Shown here piece after piece: positions 37,096 to 46,226 of a stretch of 64,000 bases of DNA. The stretch covers positions 1 through 64,000 of IMG/VR virus record IMGVR_UViG_3300024346_000030; one strand, written 5' to 3'. The DNA comes from a virus. Taxonomy: Duplodnaviria > Caudoviricetes. Position 1 is the stretch's first letter. Each line of letters begins with the position of its first letter. The notes beneath the pieces were generated by a model that had not been told where the DNA came from, did no database searches, and saw only the letters and a list, made by a program, of their open reading frames with translations. Both the position numbers and the translations under genes were made by a program.

Positions 37096-38151
37096 CTAGG
37101 AAATAAGGGATAAAATACCATCAACCGTATTAGAATAGGTAAATTTGTCCGCTAACTTTTGTCCCTCTGTGTTTATTTGTCCCACCTTCTTTTCTGCTTC
37201 CTCCATGGCTGAAATTGCCTGATCCTCGGTCCAGTTATAAAAGGTTCCTTGATTAAAAGAGTTTCCTTCTACAAAGAATTTTTGATCATAACAAGGAAAC
37301 TCAGAATCAGACTCTACAATAATAGAATTACTTTTGTCAGCCCAGTCTTTGTGTGATGTTTCATTTAACACAATACTCCACTTGCCTAAACAAGTAGCAT
37401 TAAAGGCTGGCAGATTCCAACCCTCAGCCCCAGATAAACCAGTTAGGTCTATATCTATAGAATTCAAAAAATCGTTGACATCTTTATTCTTAGGTAAAAA
37501 TGGAAGAAAATTTATATTAGTATAACTTTCACCGCCCAAACAGTTATGTAAAAGGGAATTCATTTCTTCGTTGCTGAAGAATGGATTGCCAACACAACAG
37601 GTTAACTGGTACTTATTATTGTTTCCATATTTTTTAGCCCATGTAGAGATGATATTTGCTGTATGCTTTCTCTTCTCAAACTTACCCATTAATCCAAAGT
37701 GAACAACATCGTTAAGATACTTTTTTTCTGTAACATTGAAGTCTTGATCAAACCCCAGCGGTACATATTTTGCGTCTAACATTTCAGCTGCGCATGACGA
37801 ACTAAAGATGGAAGTTGCCTGATGATTACAGATTTTTTTCTCAACTTCAGTTGGTTGGTTACATTCATAAAAACTATAAAGATATTGATCTTTGTTCTTT
37901 TTGTCTTCTGATCCGTTAATGTGCCATATTTTTAACTGTGGAATATCATCAGATAGATAATCATATCTGTTATCTACAGCATCTTTAATTTTTGATAAGA
38001 GGTTTTTATCTTCGTCAAAGGTGCTTAGATCTACCTTCCCAATTGGGAATATACCTATGTCGTGGCCCTTGCCAACCAGCTCTCGTACAATGTTATAACT
38101 AACATTGCCGAGGCTGAGTGGATTCAAGGGGGCTTCTACTAGAAGTTTCAT
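37096..38151 (-). CDS. GT-B (GT4-like) glycosyltransferase
   Basis: GKFEKRKH, SGAEGWNLPAFNATCLGK. Confidence 0.8.
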   Translation of the reverse strand: MKLLVEAPLNPLSLGNVSYNIVRELVGKGHDIGIFPIGKVDLSTFDEDKNLLSKIKDAVDNRYDYLSDDIPQLKIWHINGSEDKKNKDQYLYSFYECNQPTEVEKKICNHQATSIFSSSCAAEMLDAKYVPLGFDQDFNVTEKKYLNDVVHFGLMGKFEKRKHTANIISTWAKKYGNNNKYQLTCCVGNPFFSNEEMNSLLHNCLGGESYTNINFLPFLPKNKDVNDFLNSIDIDLTGLSGAEGWNLPAFNATCLGKWSIVLNETSHKDWADKSNSIIVESDSEFPCYDQKFFVEGNSFNQGTFYNWTEDQAISAMEEAEKKVGQINTEGQKLADKFTYSNTVDGILSLIS

Positions 38152-38531
38152 TAAAATGGGATTTCTTCTTCTACTGCAGAAGATTTTGGTGCAGTAGCTG
38201 ATGCAGAATTCGATGAGTCGTCATCTTTAGATCCTCCAGTATTTAGAAACTTAAATGTGTTTCCTCTAATGAAGTTCTTGCTATACTTCTTGCCCTCTTT
38301 TTCCCAAGAGGATTGCTTCAACTCTCCATTTAGAATGATACTTCTCCCTTTCTTAAGGTATTCGTTAGCCACTTCGGCTTGACGATCCCAAACTTCTACA
38401 TCAATAAAACAAGGATCTTTTGCCTTGTTGTCAGAGATGCACATGCGCATTTTGCACACTTTCGAACCACCCACTTCTCTCATTTCTGGATCAGAGACCA
38501 GGTATCCTGCTGTTACTATTGTATTATACAT
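38151..38531 (-). CDS. ssb: single-stranded DNA-binding protein
   Basis: GYLVSDPE, FIDVEVW, YLKKGR..GELKQSSWE; C-terminal EEIPF. Confidence 0.95.
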   Translation of the reverse strand: MYNTIVTAGYLVSDPEMREVGGSKVCKMRMCISDNKAKDPCFIDVEVWDRQAEVANEYLKKGRSIILNGELKQSSWEKEGKKYSKNFIRGNTFKFLNTGGSKDDDSSNSASATAPKSSAVEEEIPF

Positions 38532-39099
38532 TGTTTTTGTTTATTTGTGTTTTTACTTTTTCGATGAATTTATTGTGAATATTGATGCAGCCTTGAATAC
38601 TTAAACCTAAAGCATCGGAGACTTGCCTCCACGGAACTAACTTAGTATTGCTTGTTTTGTATCTAATGTCAAGTATTTTTTTGATCCTTTTGTCCTTTTC
38701 TTTTTTAAGCATATCGAAGAAAATATCAAATGTTTCGTTAATAACGAGTAACTCAAACGAATTAGATTCGCCGCTTTCCATATTGTATATAGATTCGATC
38801 CCAACTTCTTTCTTTTTGTTTGAGGAATTAATCTCGTTGAGGCATTTCCATTTTGTTTGATTCGCTAAAAATGTAGAGAACTTGCTATTCTTTTCTGGTT
38901 TGTATTCTATTGCGGATTTATATATAATGTAATCCTTGTCCTGTAAAATGAAATCTCTACTTATTGGGCAGTTCCTGCTTTTTGTAAACTGATCTACAAT
39001 GTAAACATATATTCCAGAGTGCCTGTCAATCAGCGCATTTAGACATGATTCATCGTTTTCGTTTTTCAGTTTGTTTATGAGTGACAGGTCGCTTTCCAT
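38524..39099 (-). CDS. second phage sigma70-family factor
   Basis: Region 2 YKPEKNSKFSTFLAN; region 4-like ILDIRY..WRQVSDALGLS. Confidence 0.75.
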   Translation of the reverse strand: MESDLSLINKLKNENDESCLNALIDRHSGIYVYIVDQFTKSRNCPISRDFILQDKDYIIYKSAIEYKPEKNSKFSTFLANQTKWKCLNEINSSNKKKEVGIESIYNMESGESNSFELLVINETFDIFFDMLKKEKDKRIKKILDIRYKTSNTKLVPWRQVSDALGLSIQGCINIHNKFIEKVKTQINKNNV

Positions 39100-39662
39100 G
39101 ATTTAAATATTGTTCCTGTTAAGAGTTTATCAAGTATCTCGTTGCTTGTCAAGTATATAATATTGTCGTCCTCAAAGTTGCCGATGTGAAATGTTAGGTC
39201 AACAACATCTTTTATCTTTTTGTTTTCCTCTTCCTCATAGGGGTTTGCTGGCTCCACACCCTCCCTGCTTAGAAAAACAGTAAGGCCGCCATTGTCTTTA
39301 ACCCAGCTTATTTCATTTTCAAACCTTGCATCCGTAATTATGTTAACGCAGTCATCTGATAAATTTGATTCAAGCTTATTGATCCAACAAGACTTATCAA
39401 TAGACCTCATAACTTCGGTTCCCCAAAAAACAAGAAATGGTCTGATTATCTTTTTTTCCTCATCCTTCTCGGTAAATGCAGAAATACCCAATTTAGATAT
39501 TAAAAACTCATCAACAGATGATTTGAGTTCATTCGCAAAAGATACCGTCTTAGCTTTTATACCTTGTTCCTCCAATATTTTAACCATATTGTTTCCAAGT
39601 GTATCTTTACCAGACCTGGCGTTACCAGATATGCTTATAATTTTGTATTTAGATTGTTTCAT
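39075..39662 (-). CDS. deoxynucleoside monophosphate kinase (start reassigned to 39662)
   Basis: ISGNARSGKDT P-loop, RPFLVFWGTEVMR, IITDARFENE. Confidence 0.8.
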   Translation of the reverse strand: MKQSKYKIISISGNARSGKDTLGNNMVKILEEQGIKAKTVSFANELKSSVDEFLISKLGISAFTEKDEEKKIIRPFLVFWGTEVMRSIDKSCWINKLESNLSDDCVNIITDARFENEISWVKDNGGLTVFLSREGVEPANPYEEEENKKIKDVVDLTFHIGNFEDDNIIYLTSNEILDKLLTGTIFKSWKATCHS

Positions 39663-39676
39663 GATCGCTGAACCAT

Positions 39677-39704
39677 ATTTTAACACAAGTATATACTTGG
39701 TCAA
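39677..39704 (-). promoter_or_regulatory. sigma70 promoter with a perfect 14-bp palindrome in the spacer
   Basis: TTGACC-16 nt-TAAAAT; CAAGTATATACTTG at 39686-39699. Confidence 0.6.
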
Positions 39705-40063
39705 TACATTTAATGTCTTTATTAATTATATATGTAATACCTTTAATACTATATACCTCATTGCGCCTTCGGCGCGTTATTTATTTTAAATTGCATTTAA
39801 AAAAATAACTATAGGTGTATATGTTATTTTGCCAATAGAGGTATTTTCTTTCTGTTCCGTTGTTCCTTTCGAAGTTATTATATAAAAGCCGTCTACTTTT
39901 TTCTACAACAAAATTAATTTTTATTTTCAACTTAAAAAAAATGCTAAATTTTCTCGTTGACTAGGAACTAAAATCAGCTAATGTGTAACTTATACCAGCG
40001 ACCACTTTTGGGGCATCGTCGCGGCCGAAATTAAATTAACAATAAACAAAAAAAACACTGAAA

Positions 40064-41041
40064 ATGAGCATATTCGAAGAACAGATATCAAGAAAACCTA
40101 ATAATTATCCATGGGCTGAAGACTTTATTGAAGTTATGCATAATGGTTTTTGGACCGACAAGGAGTTCAGTTTCTCTTCAGATGTTCAGGACTTCAATAT
40201 ATCAATGGATGACCAAGAAAGGGAGATAATTATAAGGACCCTCTCAGCTATTGGTCAAATCGAGGTTGCAGTTAAAAAGTTTTGGGCTAAACTGGGCGAT
40301 AATCTGCCCCACCCATCCCTTACTGATCTTGGTTACGTAATGGCAAATACAGAGGTTATTCATAATAATGCTTACGAAAGACTACTCAAGGTTCTTGGTT
40401 TGGAAGACGTATTCGAAGAAAACCTAAAACTAGACTTTATTGAGGGCCGTGTTAAATATTTGCGTAAGTATACACACAGGTTTTACAAGGACTCTAAGAA
40501 GCAGTATCTATATGCTCTTATTCTGTTTACCCTGTTTGTAGAGAACGTGTCTCTAATGAGTCAATTCTACGTTATAAATTGGTTTTCCAGAAATAAAAAC
40601 GTACTCAAGGACACTGAGCAACAAGTGAGATATACAAGGAACGAAGAAAACATCCATGCCCAAGTAGGAATTAAAATTATCAAAACAATAAGAGAAGAGC
40701 ACCCAGAGCTTTTTGATGCTGAACTAGAGGAAAGAATTCTTCATGAAGCCGAGCAAGCCTATATTGCAGAAGCTAAAATTATTGATTGGATGGTAAATGG
40801 TATATACGAAAAAGGTCTTAGTGCTCCAGTCCTCAAGGAATTCATTAAAAGTAGGATTAATGAATCATTAGAACAAATTTCATTTAAAAAGGCATTTGAT
40901 GTTGACAACACCCTAATTAAAGATACAATGTGGTTTGAAGAGGAGTTGATGGGCAACAACTCTACAGATTTCTTCCATTCTCGCCCAGTAGAGTATTCAA
41001 AAAAATCACAAACATTTGACTTAGACAGCGTATTTGCATGA
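40064..41041 (+). CDS. nrdB: ribonucleotide reductase beta subunit, class Id-like
   Basis: E67-V-A-V-K71, E97-x-x-H100, Y104, FVEN, EENIH ligand set. Confidence 0.9.
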   Translation: MSIFEEQISRKPNNYPWAEDFIEVMHNGFWTDKEFSFSSDVQDFNISMDDQEREIIIRTLSAIGQIEVAVKKFWAKLGDNLPHPSLTDLGYVMANTEVIHNNAYERLLKVLGLEDVFEENLKLDFIEGRVKYLRKYTHRFYKDSKKQYLYALILFTLFVENVSLMSQFYVINWFSRNKNVLKDTEQQVRYTRNEENIHAQVGIKIIKTIREEHPELFDAELEERILHEAEQAYIAEAKIIDWMVNGIYEKGLSAPVLKEFIKSRINESLEQISFKKAFDVDNTLIKDTMWFEEELMGNNSTDFFHSRPVEYSKKSQTFDLDSVFA

Positions 41042-42708
41042 AAAAATATTATTGGAACAACGAAACTTCGCAGCGGATCTTAAATAGAGGATATCTTGAC
41101 GGCGAAAGCTTGATTAGTAGAGTATTAAGTGTAGGGGAGACATTTCAGAAAGATTTTGTATCTCGCGCACCTTCTGAGCACAAAGGAAAATTTTCTGATT
41201 TGTGTGAGAAGTTTGAGCATTATATGTCTCTTGGATTCTTTTCTTTGTCTAGCCCTGTTTGGGCTAACTATGGAAGAGTTAGGGGTTTACCTGTTTCTTG
41301 TAATGGTGTTTTTGTGCCTGACACAATGGAGGGTATTTTAACAAAACAGTCTGAGGTTGGCATGCAAACCAAGCACGGAGCTGGAACTTCTGGTTATTTC
41401 GGTGAATTGAGAGGTAGGGGTAAGTCTATTAGTACAGGAGGAAGCTCATCTGGCTCGGTTCACTTTATGGAGTTGTTTGACAAGGTCACTTCAGTAGTCT
41501 CCCAGAGTAGCGTTCGAAGAGGTTCTTTTGCTGCCTATCTCCCTGTCGATCATCCAGATATCGAAGAGTTTCTTCGTATTAGGTCTGATGGACACCCTAT
41601 TCAGGATCTTTCATTTGCGGTTACCATTACAGATGAATGGATGGAAAGTATGAAGGATGGGGATATTGACAAGAGAAAGATATGGGCAAAGATCGTTCAG
41701 AAGAAGTTCGAATCTGGTTATCCATACCTATTCTTCCAAGACACCGCAAATAAAAATGCGCCTCAAGTATATAAAGATAAAAACATGAAGATATATGCTT
41801 CAAATCTTTGTAACGAAATTGCGCTACCTTCTTCACCAGAAGAGTCGTTTGTCTGTTGTTTATCTTCTCTTAATTTGGAGAGGTGGGATGAGATTGTTGA
41901 AACTGATGCTATTGAAACAATGGTTTACTTTCTTGATTCCGTCATGGAGGAATACATTAACAAAACTGAGGATATTCCTTATATGGAATTTGATCACAAT
42001 TTTGCAAAGCGTCATAGGGCACTTGGAATGGGTGTTCTTGGCTGGCACTCTTATTTGCAGGATAATATGATTTCTTTTGAGAGTATGGAGGCTAAAATGA
42101 AAAATGCAGAAATCTTCAGAACAATCAGAGAAAGAGCAGATAAAGCTACCGAAGAGTTAGCTAAAATATTTGGAGAACCAGAAGTATTAAAAGGCTACGG
42201 GAGAAGAAACACAACAACAATGGCTGTTGCTCCCACAACTACAAGTTCACTAATTCTCGGTCAAGTGTCTCAAGGAATTGAGCCTACTGTTAATTATTAT
42301 ACAAAGAACTCAGCAAAAGGAAAATTCACAATTAGAAGTCCACATTTAGAGAAACTTCTTGAATGTAAAGGTAAAAACACAGAAGCCGTATGGAAATCTA
42401 TCTTAGTTAGGGATGGATCAGTCCAGCACCTTAGCTTTTTAGACGAACATGAAAAGAATGTATTTAAAACGTTTTCCGAAGTATCTCAGAAAGAGATAGT
42501 TATACAGGCTTCTCAGCGCCAAAAATATATTGACCAAGGGCAATCTTTGAATTTAATGGTTCACCCTAAAGCATCACCAAAAGAAGTTAGCGACCTGATG
42601 ATTTTCGGTTGGGAAATAGGCCTTAAGGGATTTTATTACCAAAGAAGCACAAACCCCAGCCAAGCCCTAGCACAATCCATTATGGAATGTACATCTTGCG
42701 AAGGTTAA
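41038..42708 (+). CDS. nrdA: class I ribonucleotide reductase alpha subunit, short, no ATP cone
   Basis: PVSCN, SNLCNEI, VCCLSSLN, APTTTSS, FYYQRS, C-terminal CTSCEG. Confidence 0.95.
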   Translation: MKKYYWNNETSQRILNRGYLDGESLISRVLSVGETFQKDFVSRAPSEHKGKFSDLCEKFEHYMSLGFFSLSSPVWANYGRVRGLPVSCNGVFVPDTMEGILTKQSEVGMQTKHGAGTSGYFGELRGRGKSISTGGSSSGSVHFMELFDKVTSVVSQSSVRRGSFAAYLPVDHPDIEEFLRIRSDGHPIQDLSFAVTITDEWMESMKDGDIDKRKIWAKIVQKKFESGYPYLFFQDTANKNAPQVYKDKNMKIYASNLCNEIALPSSPEESFVCCLSSLNLERWDEIVETDAIETMVYFLDSVMEEYINKTEDIPYMEFDHNFAKRHRALGMGVLGWHSYLQDNMISFESMEAKMKNAEIFRTIRERADKATEELAKIFGEPEVLKGYGRRNTTTMAVAPTTTSSLILGQVSQGIEPTVNYYTKNSAKGKFTIRSPHLEKLLECKGKNTEAVWKSILVRDGSVQHLSFLDEHEKNVFKTFSEVSQKEIVIQASQRQKYIDQGQSLNLMVHPKASPKEVSDLMIFGWEIGLKGFYYQRSTNPSQALAQSIMECTSCEG

Positions 42709-42746
42709 CATTTCATTATTTTAAAATTTTAGTGTAAAGAATTAAT

Positions 42747-43715
42747 ATGGAATACGATTTTTCAGAACAAGCAAAAGAGTTTTTAGAAAGCCATTCAGCT
42801 AAAAGACCAGGACCTAAAGGTTCCGCTCAAACTCCGTCTAAAAAAGACGAGAAAAAAGAGGGTTCGAGCAAAAACGAGAAAGGTAGTGCTGGCAAAGATG
42901 GTAAAAAAATAACATTTTCAGATAAGATCATATCAGCTTTAAAAACAAAAGTTAAAGAACACAACGAAAAACATTCCAAAAAAGTAACATTAGCTCAACT
43001 TAAAAAAGTATACAGAAGAGGTGCTGGTGCTTTTAGCTCTAGCCACAGACCTGGTATGACCAGGGGTCAATGGGCAATGGCTAGAGTAAATATGTTTCTT
43101 AAAATGACCAGAGGTGGTAAAGTTAAAAAATCGTATAAAGCTGCTGATAAAGACGTAGCTAATGGTTCAGAAGATTATTACATTGAAAAAGAAGGAGAAG
43201 CATTTTTCGCCTTTGAAGACATTGACTTTCAGCTTGCTAAAATTGATTTGGTAAAAGCTGGTATTGAAGTATGGGATCAAGACCAAGAAGCTGAAGAACT
43301 TGAATATTCAGAGGCTGAGAAAAAAACCCTTAACAAACCTTTTAGACTCAAAGGAGAAAAAAAGAAATTCGGTGTTTATGTTAAAAGTCCCAAAACAGGT
43401 AACGTTATTGTAGTTAAGTTTGGTGACCCAAATATGGAAATCAAAAGAGATGATCCTGATCGTCGTAGAAGTTTTAGAGCTAGACACAAGTGTGACACAG
43501 CTAAAGACAAAACCACACCTCGTTATTGGTCTTGCAAGATGTGGAGCAAAAAGCCAGTCAATAAATCAGTTTCCTCTGAAGCTTTAGAGTGGGACGAGGA
43601 AGAACTAATCAGCGAGTGGGGCTGGGATGAATCTTGTGTTCTCGAAAACGGAGATGATTTCCTATCTTATGATCATTTAAAAGATTGTAAAACAGTTGAA
43701 GAAGATGGAGTATGA
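42747..43715 (+). CDS. conserved phage protein, probably late/virion-associated
   Basis: LKKVYRRGAGAFSSSHRPGMTRGQWAMARVN and KFGDPNMEIKRDDP..FRARHKCD..YWSC; GTGTA 15 nt upstream. Confidence 0.55.
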   Translation: MEYDFSEQAKEFLESHSAKRPGPKGSAQTPSKKDEKKEGSSKNEKGSAGKDGKKITFSDKIISALKTKVKEHNEKHSKKVTLAQLKKVYRRGAGAFSSSHRPGMTRGQWAMARVNMFLKMTRGGKVKKSYKAADKDVANGSEDYYIEKEGEAFFAFEDIDFQLAKIDLVKAGIEVWDQDQEAEELEYSEAEKKTLNKPFRLKGEKKKFGVYVKSPKTGNVIVVKFGDPNMEIKRDDPDRRRSFRARHKCDTAKDKTTPRYWSCKMWSKKPVNKSVSSEALEWDEEELISEWGWDESCVLENGDDFLSYDHLKDCKTVEEDGV

Positions 43716-43728
43716 TATATAATATTGC

Positions 43729-44478
43729 GTGTCCAGCGTTATATTAACTTCATATTTCACCAAAAAGAAACACCCAAACAGTCCGCAAGACAATCATGTT
43801 GTCGGTCGTGATAAAGACGGGTTTATTTCTAAGGACGATTTCTCATATATAGAGCCTTGGTACAACTCTGTTAATAGTTTAAAGTTATCGGGATATATAT
43901 TTCACGATGGTTTATCGAGTGAATTTGTATCTACTTATGAGACAGATAATGTAAAGTTTATACAAGTAGAAGATTCAGAGTGGTCTAACTTAGATTATAG
44001 GTGGTTTTGCTACAAAGATTTTTTAGACAATAATCAATTTGAAAACGTCTTTCTAACTGATTGTTCAGATGTTAAAATAGTAAAAAACCCATCTTTAATT
44101 CTTGATGAGTTTCCAGAAGTTGATATCTTTCTTTGCAAGGACTCAATAATGCTAAATCAGTTTCCTTATATTGATTTTCATGATTCGTTTAACTTGGAAG
44201 ATAGAGTTTGGTTTTTAATCAACCAAAACAGATTAGAACTAATTAATATGGGGGTGATCGGAGGTTCTTATAAAAACATAAAAACCTTCCTCGATTCTTA
44301 CAAAACAGTAAGAGAGGGTTTAAAAAATAAGGAGTTTGGACAAGCTGACATGTTTGTTGGTCAGTATCTCTTTAGAAGGGTTCTCAAAGAGAAAAAACTA
44401 TTGATAGGAAGCCCTTTTTGTAGCGAGTTTAAAGGTTACCAAGAAGATAGGGACGACGTATATTTTATCCATAAGTAA
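43729..44478 (+). CDS. GT-A-like glycosyltransferase/glycan-modifying protein
   Basis: VFLTDCSDV DxD-like motif, NMGVIGG; GTG start 5 nt after TATAAT. Confidence 0.55.
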   Translation: MSSVILTSYFTKKKHPNSPQDNHVVGRDKDGFISKDDFSYIEPWYNSVNSLKLSGYIFHDGLSSEFVSTYETDNVKFIQVEDSEWSNLDYRWFCYKDFLDNNQFENVFLTDCSDVKIVKNPSLILDEFPEVDIFLCKDSIMLNQFPYIDFHDSFNLEDRVWFLINQNRLELINMGVIGGSYKNIKTFLDSYKTVREGLKNKEFGQADMFVGQYLFRRVLKEKKLLIGSPFCSEFKGYQEDRDDVYFIHK

Positions 44479-44480
44479 AT

Positions 44481-45101
44481 ATGAAAGATTTTAAAGACAA
44501 ACATAAAGGCAAGACCTTTGTAATTTTCGGTTCTGGACCAAGCCTATTAGATTGGGATGATTCGTTTTGTGGAGATGTTATCAAGGTAGGTTGCAATACG
44601 GTGTTTATGCATAAGCCAAACCTTGACTATTATCTAATACAAGATTCAGGTCTCATGACTGGAAGCAAGAATGGATACTGCAAATTTAAGAACAAGTATG
44701 ACAAATACCAACCATCCATTAAAAAGTTTTATGGAGTTTCTTATTTTGATAAAGGAAGGCTTCACGGGCATTCGCTATCTCCACAAGACGTAAAAGATGG
44801 TGAGGCTTTAACTTATTCAGTTGGTTCTGTCGGTAGTGATTCTGACTTTATTGAGTTTTATTCAGTTATATTTTCTTGCTTACAATTTGCAGATTTGTGT
44901 GGGGCAGAAAAGATCATCGTAGTTGGTTGCGACGTTACAAACAACATTAGGGTGGGCGAAGAACAAGAACACAACGGATACAAAATAACCAATCTAAAGA
45001 AAAGGTGGGAAAATTTTAAAAATTTTTATCCACACCTAAATATTAAAGTTTTCAAGCCAATGGGATTAAAGGATTTATTTAAAGAATATAAAATATCATG
45101 A
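44481..45101 (+). CDS. GT42/Maf/MptE-like fold transferase
   Basis: VIFGSGPSL..VGCN..and SCLQFADLCGAEKIIVVGCD resemble the CstII-type sialylmotif layout. Confidence 0.6.
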   Translation: MKDFKDKHKGKTFVIFGSGPSLLDWDDSFCGDVIKVGCNTVFMHKPNLDYYLIQDSGLMTGSKNGYCKFKNKYDKYQPSIKKFYGVSYFDKGRLHGHSLSPQDVKDGEALTYSVGSVGSDSDFIEFYSVIFSCLQFADLCGAEKIIVVGCDVTNNIRVGEEQEHNGYKITNLKKRWENFKNFYPHLNIKVFKPMGLKDLFKEYKIS

Positions 45102-45664
45102 AAAAAGTAAAATTTTTAAGCAAAAAACACAGAGCACTATTTATCCACATACCCAAAACAGGTGGCGCAACCATTAAACACCACCTTATTAAGGACTTTG
45201 ACAGAATATTTGACGCACCACCAAAGCACATATATGATTTTTCTTTTGCGTTTGTCAGAAATCCTTTTACAAGATTTTGTAGTGCTTTATCAATGTTTAA
45301 ACATGGTTCTATTTGGGTAAAAAACGAAGATAAATATTTATCTGTAGATAAAGCCATTTCTATTCTAGAGGATGAATCAATAGGTCATGCTAATATAGCA
45401 TCTGACTTCAATCAATATTTAAAACATCATATGATACCGATGACCCATCCTTATAATTGTATTGACTTGGCTGGAAAAACATATAAATTTGAAGAATATA
45501 GCGATGCTTATAAAGACATAAGCGATAGATTAGGGATTTGCAAACCAGAAAAACAAATCAATAAATCTAAATGTGATCTTGATTACAAAGAAATCTTATC
45601 AAAAGACCAAACAAAAAAAATAGAAGAAATCTTCAAAGATGATTTTGAGGCCTTTAATTATTAA
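45098..45664 (+). CDS. sulfotransferase (Sulfotransfer_2-like)
   Basis: FIHIPKTGGATI (5'-PSB) and FAFVRNPFTRFCS (3'-PB). Confidence 0.85.
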   Translation: MKKVKFLSKKHRALFIHIPKTGGATIKHHLIKDFDRIFDAPPKHIYDFSFAFVRNPFTRFCSALSMFKHGSIWVKNEDKYLSVDKAISILEDESIGHANIASDFNQYLKHHMIPMTHPYNCIDLAGKTYKFEEYSDAYKDISDRLGICKPEKQINKSKCDLDYKEILSKDQTKKIEEIFKDDFEAFNY

Positions 45665-45675
45665 AACAATACAAC

Positions 45676-46224
45676 ATGAAAGAAATAAAACAAAAATTTG
45701 ACTCTGATTTTTTTCAGAAGGTCTACGAAGAAGAGGACTGGTATGGAAATGCAGCTGCTGGCAGATGTCCAGGTACAAGGCTATTTCCTTTGTATGAAAG
45801 AAACATAGAAGGTAAGGTTCTTGATGTTGGTTGTGGGAGGGGCGATGTTGTAAACTTATTAAGATCAAAGGGTTTTGAAGCAGATGGTATAGATCAAATA
45901 AACCTAGACAACGGAATGATTGTGGGGTCAATATTAGAGCCATTTGAGGATGGAAAATATGACACCATGATTTGTATAGATGTTATAGAACATATAGAAA
46001 AAGAATATGAAGACATATTATTCGAAAACCTCAGTAAAAGCAAAACTCAAATATTTGCTATACATAATGGACCATCAATCACCAAAGGTGAAGATATACA
46101 TGTAAACAAAAGAAGCTGGAGTGAATGGCAAGAAAAAATTGAAACTCTCTTTGAAATAAAAAGAAAAATAAGGATTCATGCTGAACAGTATCTTTATGTA
46201 ACAGAACCAAAACAAAAAAGATAA
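45676..46224 (+). CDS. class I SAM methyltransferase
   Basis: VLDVGCGRG, YDTMICIDVIEHI. Confidence 0.85.
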   Translation: MKEIKQKFDSDFFQKVYEEEDWYGNAAAGRCPGTRLFPLYERNIEGKVLDVGCGRGDVVNLLRSKGFEADGIDQINLDNGMIVGSILEPFEDGKYDTMICIDVIEHIEKEYEDILFENLSKSKTQIFAIHNGPSITKGEDIHVNKRSWSEWQEKIETLFEIKRKIRIHAEQYLYVTEPKQKR

Positions 46225-46226
46225 AA

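Noticed and set aside
39683-39701. NrdR box upstream of the nucleotide metabolism genes
   Set aside because: The palindrome centre and length differ from the 16-bp acaCwAtATaTwGtgt consensus
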